From: Gemmatimonadota bacterium
GTDB lineage: Bacteria; Gemmatimonadota; Gemmatimonadetes; Gemmatimonadales; GWC2-71-9
NCBI GenBank assembly: GCA_041691295.1
Contig: JBEPVA010000003.1
Coordinates: forward strand, 1-51,903
Reading direction: 5' to 3'
DNA length: 51,903 nucleotides
Shown: positions 27,432 through 35,856 of the stretch, piece after piece
Position numbering within the stretch: the first letter of the stretch is position 1
How the letters are laid out: each line of letters starts with the position of its first letter
Position numbers and translations under genes: made by a program
The notes under the pieces: generated by a model
Database searches by the model: none
What the model was told of the DNA's origin: nothing
The model's input: the letters and a program-made list of their open reading frames with translations, nothing else

Positions 27432-27530
27432 TTGGAACTGAAGCCGCGAGGCGTGAATGGCAGCAAGGCCAGCGCCCACGATATCAGCTTCACCCATAGC
27501 GTCGACAAGTCGAGCGCTAAGTTGTTCTAG
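27432..27530 (+). pseudogene. Unit D: leader-truncated copy (ELKPRGVNGSKASAHDISFTHSVDKSSAKLF)
   Basis: In frame with C but separated from it by TAG TGA. Only a TTG start with poor SD spacing is available, and there is no KGG motif. Probably a decayed unit. Confidence 0.3.
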
Positions 27531-27569
27531 GCAGGCTGTCCCACTGGTGCACCCCTACAGGAGCGTCAC

Positions 27570-27743
27570 ATGGTTGCCAAGAAGAAGTCGGCCAAAGCCA
27601 AAGCCCGGGACTTGAAGCCCAAAGCCGTCAAGAGTGACAACGCGGCCGCGGTGAAGGGTGGGATTGGGAGCCAGTCAACCGGGGCCGGCGCCGGCAAAGT
27701 GACGTTCAACCCGTTCTCCATCACCCGCAAGATCGACAAGTAA
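27570..27743 (+). CDS. Minigene E, 57 aa: MVAKKKSAKAKARDLKPKAVKSDNAAAVKGG leader plus core IGSQSTGAGAGKVTFNPFSITRKIDK
   Basis: Hand translation with an AGGAG Shine-Dalgarno sequence (acaggagcgtcacATG, nearly identical to the one upstream of B). The core resembles the Hcp segment GGGAGKVNVQDLSFTKYIDK. Confidence 0.7.
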   Translation: MVAKKKSAKAKARDLKPKAVKSDNAAAVKGGIGSQSTGAGAGKVTFNPFSITRKIDK

Positions 27744-27810
27744 GCAGGATTCTTCGATCAGGAGTTCCATCCTTGGGTGGGCAGCTCCCCGCTGGCTGAG
27801 GACTCGCGGA

Positions 27811-27842
27811 GCGGACGGGCGGACGGGCGGACGGGCGGACGC
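27811..27842. repeat. Tandem octamer array of 4 units, followed at 27905-27920 by tctgtct cctgtct
   Basis: gcggacgg x3 plus gcggacgc, located downstream of minigene E. Confidence 0.8.
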
Positions 27843-27982
27843 AAGGTGCCGCCTGCGGCGCCCGCTTCCTATTTTCTGGATCCGCAGTGCTAGCGGGTCC
27901 ATTCTTCTGTCTCCTGTCTCCAGTTTTTCGCTATCTTGCGAAAGACTCCGGCGTTGTGCCGAGTCGTCACACGGAATTGGAC

Positions 27983-30460
27983 ATGACCGACGAAATCGCA
28001 TCCCCTCCGGTTCCCCCCCGCGACAGCGAAGCCGACATCACCAGCCAGCTGGCGGAAGGGTTCTTCAAGACCTTCGCGCCCCGGCTCACCGGCCGGGTCC
28101 GGTCCAAGGCGCTGCAGGACGCCATCGGCGACTCCTGCTCGACAGCCGAGAATCCGACCTGGCTCGCGATCGCCAGCCAGCCACCGATCGAGACCAGGGC
28201 TGCGACTATTCGTGGCCAGGCCCACTCTGCTGCCGGGCTCAAGGCCATCATCAGTTCGTTCCGCTACGCCCTGCCCCGTCTGGGGCCGAGTGCCACGTAC
28301 CACAACTTCCTCGAGGTCAACCAGAAGGACGGATTCGACTGCCAGAGCTGCGCCTGGCCCTCGCCGGATGGCAAGCGGCACCAGTTCGAATTCTGCGAGA
28401 GCGGCGCCAAGGCCATGGCCAGCGAAGGATCGAAGCACACCATCGGGGCCGACTTCTTCCGGAAGTGGAGCATCGAGCAGCTGAGCGGTCAGTCGGACAC
28501 CTGGCTGGAAAGCCAGGGGCGGCTGACCGAACCGATGGTTCGCCGGGCCGGCAGCAGCCACTACGAACCGATCGGCTGGGATGACGCCTTGGCCCTGATC
28601 GGGAAGGAGCTCAACAGCCTCCTGTCGCCGGATTCGGCGGCCTTTTACACCTCGGGGCGGGCCAGCAATGAAGCGGCCTTTCTCTGGCAGCTGTTTGCCC
28701 GGCAGTACGGCACCAACAACCTGCCCGACTGCTCCAACATGTGCCACGAATCCTCCGGCACCGCGCTGGTCCAGAGCCTGGGCATCGGCAAGGGAACCGT
28801 CGTGCTGGAGGATTTCGAGCAGACCGACCTGATCATCCTGGTCGGGCAGAACCCCGGTACCAACCACCCGCGGATGCTGACTTCGCTGGAGCATGCCAAG
28901 AAGCACGGGGCCAAGATCCTCGCTATCAATCCGATGCGGGAAACCGGGTTCATGCGGTTTACCGACCCCAACCCGGACGAGTTCCCCACCCCATTCCATT
29001 TCGCGGCCCATATCCTGGGACCCGGAGTCCCGCTGGCGGATCTGCACCTGCCGGTCCGGATCAATGGCGACATTGCGGTGATCAAGGGACTGATGAAGGT
29101 GATGCTCGCCGAGGATAACCGGCGCGGCGGAGTGATTGACCAGCAGTTCATCGCCGACTCGACCAACGGCTGGGACGCGGTCAAGGCCGACCTCGAAGCC
29201 ACCGGTTGGGACGAGATCGTCGAGGGGTCGGGCCTCACCCGGGCCGAGATCGAAGCGGCCGGAATGATGGCGGCCAGTGCCAAGCGGATGATCTGCTGCT
29301 GGGCCATGGGACTGACCCAGCACAAGAATGCGGTCGCCACCATCCGGACCATGGTCAACATGCTGTTGATGGGCGGGCACATCGGGCGGCCGGGCGCCGG
29401 CACCTGCTGCGTCCGCGGCCACTCCAACGTCCAGGGCGACCGGACCATGGGCATCTGGGAGCGCCCCGGCGAACCGTTTCTCCAGGCGCTCGACAAGGAG
29501 TTCGGCTTCCGGTCGCCGAGGCATTTCGGCAAGGATACCGTTGACACCATTGCGGCGATGCATGACGGGAGTATCGAGGTCTTCATCGGGCTGGGCGGCA
29601 ACTTCCTGGCCTCGGCACCCGATACCGTCACCACCGCCTCGGCGCTGAGCCACTGCCGGCTGACCGCCCAGATCGCGACCAAGCTCAACCGTGGGCACCT
29701 GATCACGGGAGAAACCGCGCTGCTGCTGCCCTGCCTGGGCCGCTCCGAACAGGATGCCGGCGGGGTGGTGACCGTCGAGGACTCGATGGGGATCATCAGC
29801 GCTTCCAGGGGCAAGCGCGCGCCGGCGGGCCCCGAGCTGCGGAGCGAAGTGGGAATCATCGCCGGGATGGCGACCGCGACACTCAAGGGCCGTACCAACA
29901 TTGACTGGCAGGGACTGGCGACCGATCACAGCCGGATCCGGGACCATATCAGCCGGGTGGTGCCGGGGTTCGAGAACTACAACAGCCGGCTGGACCAACC
30001 CTTCTACCTCCCCAACCCCGCTCGGCAGCGGCGGTTCGTGACTGAGAGCAAAAAGGCCGAATTTTTCGTAGCGCCGATCGCGGTGCACCCGGTGAGCAGC
30101 GAACGGTTTCTGATGACAACGGTCCGCAGCCACGACCAGTTCAATACCACCATCTACGCCCTCAACGACCGATATCGCGGCATCTACGGCGGGCGGAGGG
30201 TGGTGTTCATGAATGAGGATGATGCCAGGGAAAAGGGCTGGGCCACCGGCCAGCACGTCGATATCACCAGTCACTTCGAGGACGAGCGGCGAGTCGCGCG
30301 GCACTTCCAGGTGGTGGTCTACACCATCCCGAGGCGATGCGTGGCCACCTACTTCCCCGAGGCCAATGTGCTGGTCCCGATCGGCAGCGTGGCCGACGGG
30401 AGCAATACGCCTACCTACAAGTCGATCATGGTATCGCTGGCCGAAAGCGACGCGCGGTAA
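27983..30460 (+). CDS. FdhF/YdeP-family molybdopterin oxidoreductase
   Basis: I chose ATG at 27983 (MTDEIASPP). Contains NQKDGFDCQSCAWPSPDGKRHQFEFCESGAKAMASE, CSNMCHESSG and a molybdopterin-binding C-terminus. Confidence 0.9.
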   Translation: MTDEIASPPVPPRDSEADITSQLAEGFFKTFAPRLTGRVRSKALQDAIGDSCSTAENPTWLAIASQPPIETRAATIRGQAHSAAGLKAIISSFRYALPRLGPSATYHNFLEVNQKDGFDCQSCAWPSPDGKRHQFEFCESGAKAMASEGSKHTIGADFFRKWSIEQLSGQSDTWLESQGRLTEPMVRRAGSSHYEPIGWDDALALIGKELNSLLSPDSAAFYTSGRASNEAAFLWQLFARQYGTNNLPDCSNMCHESSGTALVQSLGIGKGTVVLEDFEQTDLIILVGQNPGTNHPRMLTSLEHAKKHGAKILAINPMRETGFMRFTDPNPDEFPTPFHFAAHILGPGVPLADLHLPVRINGDIAVIKGLMKVMLAEDNRRGGVIDQQFIADSTNGWDAVKADLEATGWDEIVEGSGLTRAEIEAAGMMAASAKRMICCWAMGLTQHKNAVATIRTMVNMLLMGGHIGRPGAGTCCVRGHSNVQGDRTMGIWERPGEPFLQALDKEFGFRSPRHFGKDTVDTIAAMHDGSIEVFIGLGGNFLASAPDTVTTASALSHCRLTAQIATKLNRGHLITGETALLLPCLGRSEQDAGGVVTVEDSMGIISASRGKRAPAGPELRSEVGIIAGMATATLKGRTNIDWQGLATDHSRIRDHISRVVPGFENYNSRLDQPFYLPNPARQRRFVTESKKAEFFVAPIAVHPVSSERFLMTTVRSHDQFNTTIYALNDRYRGIYGGRRVVFMNEDDAREKGWATGQHVDITSHFEDERRVARHFQVVVYTIPRRCVATYFPEANVLVPIGSVADGSNTPTYKSIMVSLAESDAR

Positions 30461-30520
30461 ACCTCAAGCCATCTGCCGTAGACGCCGACGGCGGGCGGCT
30501 GGACCTGCCGGCGCTGGAGG

Positions 30521-31306
30521 CTAGGGCTCACCGCCATCGTGGAGCGCCTCGAGTTTCCGCTCTAGGCCTTCTCGCCGTGACCGCATGACCTTGAGTCGGG
30601 CACCATCGGTCAGCACGACCACCCCATCGCCTCGAAGCGCCGCCTCGACCGAACGTACCCGGCTCAGGTTCACGATGGTGGACCGGTGGATCCTGATGAA
30701 CCGGTCCGGATCCAGGCGCCGCTCCAGCGAAGCCAGCGTTTCCCGGAGCAGGTGCGCCGTGGACCGCACATGCAGCAGCGCGTAGTAGTCAGCCCCCTCG
30801 ATCCAGTCGACCTCCCCGCTCGGCACCACGATGACCTGCCCCACCTCGCGCACGATCAACCGGCCCACTCCCCTGGGACGGCCCGGCAATCCCTCAAGCA
30901 ACGCCGAGATTCTGGACTGGGCGCTCGCTGCATCCCGGTCACGCCGTTGCGCCCTGACCCGTTCGACCGCCTGGGCCAGCCGTTCCGGTGACACCGGCTT
31001 GAGCAGGTAGTCGAGCGCGTTGACCTCGAAGGCTCGGATGGCGTGGGCATCGAAGGCCGTCACGAAGACCACCAGCGGCAATTGACTACCGGAGAGAGCG
31101 TCGATCAGGTCGAAGCCCGACATTCCGGGCATCTGGATGTCGACGAACAGCACATCCACTTCGAGCTGGTGCAGGCCGGTGAGCGCCGACATCCCGTCGG
31201 CGAAGGTGCCGACGATGGTCAGGCCCGGCAGGCGCTCCAGCAACTCGACCAGCCCCTCCCGGGCCAACGGCTCGTCATCCACCACCACGGCGCGCAGGGA
31301 GTTCAT
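30521..31306 (-). CDS. LytTR-family response regulator (REC + LytTR DNA-binding domain)
   Basis: AVVVDDEPLAREGL...DVLFVDIQMPGMSGFDLI and IVVPSGEVDWIEGADYYALLHV...FIRIHRSTIVNLSRV. ATGA overlap with the kinase stop. Confidence 0.9.
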   Translation of the reverse strand: MNSLRAVVVDDEPLAREGLVELLERLPGLTIVGTFADGMSALTGLHQLEVDVLFVDIQMPGMSGFDLIDALSGSQLPLVVFVTAFDAHAIRAFEVNALDYLLKPVSPERLAQAVERVRAQRRDRDAASAQSRISALLEGLPGRPRGVGRLIVREVGQVIVVPSGEVDWIEGADYYALLHVRSTAHLLRETLASLERRLDPDRFIRIHRSTIVNLSRVRSVEAALRGDGVVVLTDGARLKVMRSRREGLERKLEALHDGGEP

Positions 31307-32412
31307 CGCGACTCCGTGGTGGACGCCGACGGCTGGCGCGGGAGCTCGACCACGACGATGGCACCGGCCCCCGACGGGCCGGGTCGCAGGGACAGCGATG
31401 CGCGCTCCCCATACAGGGCAGTTAGGCGCGCCTTGGTGTGCCCGAGTCCGACACCATCCCGCCGTTTGCCCTCGGCGAGCCCTGCCCCATCGTTCGCGAT
31501 CGTGATCCGCACACCGTCGGTCAGGGCCTCGACCCCGATCTCAAGGTGCAGTGGCCGGGTGGCATCGGTAAAGCCGTGGCGGATGGCATTCTCGACGAGG
31601 GGCTGGAGCAGGAAGGATGGAACGATGGCAGAGTGCAGGGCTTCCGGCGCGTCGAGTCGGACCACCAGTCGATCGGCATATCTGACCTGTTCGATCTCGA
31701 GGTAGTGCCTCACCGCCGCCAGTTCAGATCCGAGCGTCACCAATTGGGCTCGGGAGGACTCCAGCGAATGGCGCAGCAAACCCGCCAGGCGGGTGACCAT
31801 CTGCTCGACATCACCGGTGAGGCCCCGCCGGGCCAGCACGGCAATGCTGTTCAGGGAGTTGAACAGGAAATGCGGATCGAGCTGGGCTCGGAGGGTTTCG
31901 AGCTGGGCATCGGCCAGCTGGGCGTTGAGCCGGGCAGCAGTCACCTCCAGCAGCCGGGCCCGGCGAAGGCTCAGGGAGCTGTATACCACTCCCACGAACG
32001 CGATCCCCAGCAACAGGTCCGTCAGGCCGTTGTGCAGCAGCATATGCAGCCAGGTCTGCGGCAGCGTTCCGCCGAACCCGGCCCAGTGGACCGGCGCGGC
32101 GACCAGCGGGACCAAGCCCACTGGAAGCAGCATGAGAAGAATCAGCTTCCATGCGGTTGAGCCACGGGCCGCTGGATGATCAACCACCCCTGCCATCAGC
32201 GGAACCAGCGCCGCACCCCAGAGCAGCCAGCCCAGCCAGATGGCCGCCTCGGTCGGGAGCAGGTGGCCCCACGGCGTCGCTACCGCCGCCGCCGCGAACT
32301 GCTGCACCATCGTCACAGTTCGGGCGACGGTAACGGCGAGCGCCACTGCCCCGAGGATCACCGGAATCGAGACGCTGCTGGCCGGGCGCTGTGGTAATTC
32401 CAGAATCGTCAT
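31303..32412 (-). CDS. LytS/YehU-type sensor histidine kinase (intramembrane N-terminus + His_kinase PF06580 + HATPase)
   Basis: About 5 TM helices with no evident periplasmic domain, then LRAQLDPHFLFNSLNSIAVL and LLQPLVENAIRHG. Confidence 0.85.
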   Translation of the reverse strand: MTILELPQRPASSVSIPVILGAVALAVTVARTVTMVQQFAAAAVATPWGHLLPTEAAIWLGWLLWGAALVPLMAGVVDHPAARGSTAWKLILLMLLPVGLVPLVAAPVHWAGFGGTLPQTWLHMLLHNGLTDLLLGIAFVGVVYSSLSLRRARLLEVTAARLNAQLADAQLETLRAQLDPHFLFNSLNSIAVLARRGLTGDVEQMVTRLAGLLRHSLESSRAQLVTLGSELAAVRHYLEIEQVRYADRLVVRLDAPEALHSAIVPSFLLQPLVENAIRHGFTDATRPLHLEIGVEALTDGVRITIANDGAGLAEGKRRDGVGLGHTKARLTALYGERASLSLRPGPSGAGAIVVVELPRQPSASTTESR

Positions 32413-32445
32413 CCGGTGAAAGTAGCGTGGCGGAACCCCGCGGCG

Positions 32446-34875
32446 TCAGCCACCGCTCCGCAGCGCAACGATGGGGTCGATCCGTGTGGCCCGCCATGCC
32501 GGAACCATGGCACCGATAACCCCCGTGAGTACGGCGCCGAGCACCACCAGGCCCAGCACCCCGAGGTTGAACGGTCCGACACCGTAGAGCAGTCCTGCCA
32601 GCAGGCGGGCGCTCGACAGGGTCCCAGCCAGACCGATCAGGATGCTGGCGCCCACCACCAGCAGCGATTCCCGTCCCACCAGCTTCACGATTTCGCCCGG
32701 CTTGGCACCGAGCGCGATTCGAACCGCCAGCTCCCGTTCCCGCTGGGTGACCAGGAACGAGAGCACGGCGTAGGTGCCCGCCAGGGCCAGTAGCAGGGCC
32801 GCAAGCGCGTAGCCGGACATCAGGCGGGTGGTGATCGCCATCCGCGCGCCGGCATCACGCACGATGGCATCGAGGGTGAACTGGTTGTAGATCGCTATGT
32901 CGGGGGCGGCCTCGGTGATGATCCGGCGAATTGGCCCCGCCAGGGCCAGCGGATCGCCGGAGGCCCGGGCCACGATGGTGATTTCGGTGGCAAAGCCCAT
33001 CGAGGCCCAGCTGCCGAGCCCAGGCAGATACAGCTCGGGGCGCGGCTCATCGGTCAAACTGCGATTTCTGGCATCCGCCACCACCGCCACGATCGGCATC
33101 CACGGCGAGACCGGTCCGAATCGCAACCGCCGGCCCAGCGGGTCCTCACCATCAGGAAAGAGCCGGCGCGCCAGCCCCTCACTGATGACCACCGGAGTGA
33201 TCCGGGCGCTTGCATCATCGTCACCGAACAGCCGGCCGTGGCGCAATCCGATCTGCATCGCCGCGAAATAGTCGTGACTCACCACCCGATAGTCCGCTAT
33301 CGGGTCAGTTCCGTCCGCCTTGAACGGACGGCCTTCGACCGCCATGGCCAGATCCTCTCTCCCCGGGGTAAGTGGCAGCGCGTTCACCAGACCGGCGGCC
33401 GTCACTCCAGGGAGCTGACCGACGGCGGTGATGAGCCGCCGGAGCAATGATTCCCGCGCCGTCCGGTCCCGTAGCGTGGCGGTGGGCAGGTTGATCCTGA
33501 GGCTGAGCGCCGACCCTGGATTGAATCCGAGCGGCACCCGCTGCACCTCGCGGGCGGATGCGAGCAGAAGACCGGAGCCATGCAGCAGGAGGACGGCGAG
33601 TCCAATCTGGGCGGCAGCAAGGATCCGACGGAGGGCATTGGCGGCGGGCGTTCCGGCGGCCCTGGCTCGCAGACTGCTGGCCGGGTCCCGCCCCGCGGCC
33701 ACGGCCACGGGAAGTGCCCCGACGACGGCGCCGACCACGAGTACGGCGACCGCCGCCGCGACCAGCGTCCTGATCCCGAGCAGCGGTGCCGCGCTGGCGA
33801 TGCCGGCCGGTAATAGTGTGACCATCAGCTTCGATCCAAGCCCGGCGATGGCCAGGCCGATTCCGGCGCCGGCCGCACTCAGGATGATGCCCTCGAGCAA
33901 CGCACCTCGAATGAGCCTGCCTCGGGTGGCACCAAGCGCGGCGCGCACCGCCAGCTCCTCACCACGGACGATGACCCCTGCCAGCTGGAGGTTAGCCACA
34001 TTGGCGCAGGTCAGCAGCAGCAGCAGCAGGACGCCGACAAGCAGCAGCGCCACGACCGGCCGGACATCGCCGACCACCGAATCAGCCAGCGGGTGGACCT
34101 GGGCCAGGTATCCCGATGGATCCAGCACCGACCCGGCGTGCGGGCCGGGAAATTCGCGGCCTACCGCCCGAACTGGCAGGGTCAGATCCCGCCGGGCCGC
34201 CTCGAGACCGGTTCCGGCCTTGAGTCGACCTACGACAGAATACCCATGGTTGTACGGATTGAGGCCGGCGGGATCGAGCCGCAGTGGCTCCCAGGCCGCG
34301 ATCTGGCGCGATCCAAACGTGACGCCCGGTGGCAGCACCCCAACGATCGTGCTGGGTTCTCCCTCGAGGTTCACGACCGTGCCGATCACCGCAGGATCCG
34401 CATTGAACACCGACCGCCAGAGCTGGTCGGACAGGACCAGCAGACGTGGACCGTTCGGCAGGTCCTCACCGGCCGTGAAGCGGCGTCCGAGGGCCGGCGC
34501 GACCCGGAGTACATCGAACAGACTGGCACTGACCTGGGCCACGATGAGCCGGCGCGATCCGTCACCCCGGATCAGGTTGGTGAAGCCGGTTCCCCAGGCC
34601 GCGACCGCGCTGAGGCTGTGACCGTCGCTGACCAGTCGGCGGTACCCGACGTCGGAGAAGCCCAGTTCCGGAAGACCAGGCGCCGGAACGGTCTGGGTGA
34701 TCCGGACCAGCCGCCCCGACTCCGGATAGGGCAGTGGCCGGAGAAGCACGGCATCGACCACGGCAAACACAGCCAATGCTGAGCCGATCCCGAGACCGAG
34801 AGTCAGGGCAATGACGAGCGAATACACCGGTCGCAGCCGGAGTCGCCTGATGGCAAACCAGAGATCGTGCCCCAC
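32446..34875 (-). CDS. ADOP-type duplicated MacB/FtsX-family ABC transporter permease, with no cognate ATPase gene adjacent
   Basis: MGHDLWFAIRRLRLRPVYSLVIALTLGLGIG, two large periplasmic domains each followed by an FtsX 3-helix module, and C-terminal WRATRIDPIVALRSG. Confidence 0.9.
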   Translation of the reverse strand: MGHDLWFAIRRLRLRPVYSLVIALTLGLGIGSALAVFAVVDAVLLRPLPYPESGRLVRITQTVPAPGLPELGFSDVGYRRLVSDGHSLSAVAAWGTGFTNLIRGDGSRRLIVAQVSASLFDVLRVAPALGRRFTAGEDLPNGPRLLVLSDQLWRSVFNADPAVIGTVVNLEGEPSTIVGVLPPGVTFGSRQIAAWEPLRLDPAGLNPYNHGYSVVGRLKAGTGLEAARRDLTLPVRAVGREFPGPHAGSVLDPSGYLAQVHPLADSVVGDVRPVVALLLVGVLLLLLLTCANVANLQLAGVIVRGEELAVRAALGATRGRLIRGALLEGIILSAAGAGIGLAIAGLGSKLMVTLLPAGIASAAPLLGIRTLVAAAVAVLVVGAVVGALPVAVAAGRDPASSLRARAAGTPAANALRRILAAAQIGLAVLLLHGSGLLLASAREVQRVPLGFNPGSALSLRINLPTATLRDRTARESLLRRLITAVGQLPGVTAAGLVNALPLTPGREDLAMAVEGRPFKADGTDPIADYRVVSHDYFAAMQIGLRHGRLFGDDDASARITPVVISEGLARRLFPDGEDPLGRRLRFGPVSPWMPIVAVVADARNRSLTDEPRPELYLPGLGSWASMGFATEITIVARASGDPLALAGPIRRIITEAAPDIAIYNQFTLDAIVRDAGARMAITTRLMSGYALAALLLALAGTYAVLSFLVTQRERELAVRIALGAKPGEIVKLVGRESLLVVGASILIGLAGTLSSARLLAGLLYGVGPFNLGVLGLVVLGAVLTGVIGAMVPAWRATRIDPIVALRSGG

Positions 34876-34878
34876 CGC

Positions 34879-35250
34879 TCAGCTCGGCGGGGATGCCCGG
34901 CGACGGCCTGCCACCGAACCGGCATTCTCGCCGAAGGTGAACGGGCCAGTGACCGAATCGGCGCGGAAGAGGAGGTCGTAGTGGATGACATCGCCGGGCG
35001 CGGTATTGTCGAGCACCAGCCGGTTCCCCTTCCTGAGGGTTGGCCCGACCGGCGAGATGTGATCGCCGATCCTCAGGGTTACCGCGGTGCTGTCGTGGAG
35101 AATGGCAATCTCGAGGCTGCCTTCCATGGTGCCGCCACCGTAGGTGATTTCGAGGTCGTACGTCCCGGAGCGGATCGGCGGGGTGGCCTGAGCGCCGAGT
35201 GCCGGCGCCGCGGTGAGGGCGGCGATAAGGAATGGCAGGACACGAGTCAC
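34879..35250 (-). CDS. Small secreted beta-rich protein; first gene of the permease/kinase/regulator operon
   Basis: I chose GTG at 35250, preceded by GGAGG and a 5-nt spacer. Signal peptide TRVLPFLIAALTAAPALGAQA. The stop lies 3 nt before the permease ATG. Confidence 0.6.
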   Translation of the reverse strand: MTRVLPFLIAALTAAPALGAQATPPIRSGTYDLEITYGGGTMEGSLEIAILHDSTAVTLRIGDHISPVGPTLRKGNRLVLDNTAPGDVIHYDLLFRADSVTGPFTFGENAGSVAGRRRASPPS

Positions 35251-35520
35251 GATTTCCTCCACGAGGGATTGGGGTCCTGGTCGCCAGACGGCCCACCCTC
35301 GAGAAAGCTTCGACCAGGCAGCCAAACCGACTTCTCGAGCAGCCAATCGGCTTCGACATCGGCTCCTGCCGACCTGGCCATGTCACATCCCGGTCGGCGT
35401 TTTTGATCTCAGGTGAACCCCACCGTCTACCTCAACCGGAGCGAACCATGTCGACCTCGTAGAAGACCAGGATGGGTACCCCCAAGGACCTCAAGCCCCG
35501 CAAGACGATCAGGGGAAACC

Positions 35521-35679
35521 ATGACCATGGCCAAGCGGGACAAGGACTGGAGCCGGGCGGTGGAGGCGGACGAGGCGGCGGCGGTGCGGGGTGGGGATGG
35601 GCAGACCAAGAAGCCGCCGAAGGATCGCCAGCCGCTGATGGTGTACAAGCTCGAGGATATCCAGATCAGCGGCACCTGA
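35521..35679 (+). CDS. Minigene F, 52 aa: MTMAKRDKDWSRAVEADEAAAVRGG leader plus core DGQTKKPPKDRQPLMVYKLEDIQISGT
   Basis: Hand translation. The ...AAAVRGG leader end is present. The core resembles the Hcp strand YLIITLKEVLVSS. A KDLKPRK leader piece lies just upstream in another frame (ATG 35472). Confidence 0.5.
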   Translation: MTMAKRDKDWSRAVEADEAAAVRGGDGQTKKPPKDRQPLMVYKLEDIQISGT

Positions 35680-35856
35680 CCGTCCTGAAGGACCGAAGCC
35701 CCTGCCAGTTTTCCGGGTGCGGGCTTCGTCGTTCCGGCCCTACCGCCCAGGACGCGCTGCAGCCCACTCCAGCCTGGGCGGGGGTGCTGTCATATTCGAT
35801 TGAGCAACTTCGATATCAAGATAGGTCGCGCAACCCGATCCCTTCTGGAGGACACC

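Noticed and set aside
27057-27497. A 146-aa minus-strand track ORF covering the minigene array.
   Set aside because: It is the antisense image of the repeated leader; AARLQVL.LGGLLPG recurs because KDLKPRGIKSG recurs. It has no SD-ATG periodicity. The + strand has a Shine-Dalgarno sequence, an ATG and a stop at each unit, and a recognisable protein motif.
27890-30304. An 804-aa minus-strand ORF, the longest alternative ORF in the window. Similar long antisense ORFs lie at 1715..2980, 6822..7886, 43374..45185 and 15634..16731.
   Set aside because: These are Arg/Gly/Pro/Asp-rich shadow ORFs lying exactly opposite well-supported genes (YdeP, ClC, LysR, kinase, TatC). They are typical stop-codon-poor antisense frames in high-GC DNA and carry no family motifs.
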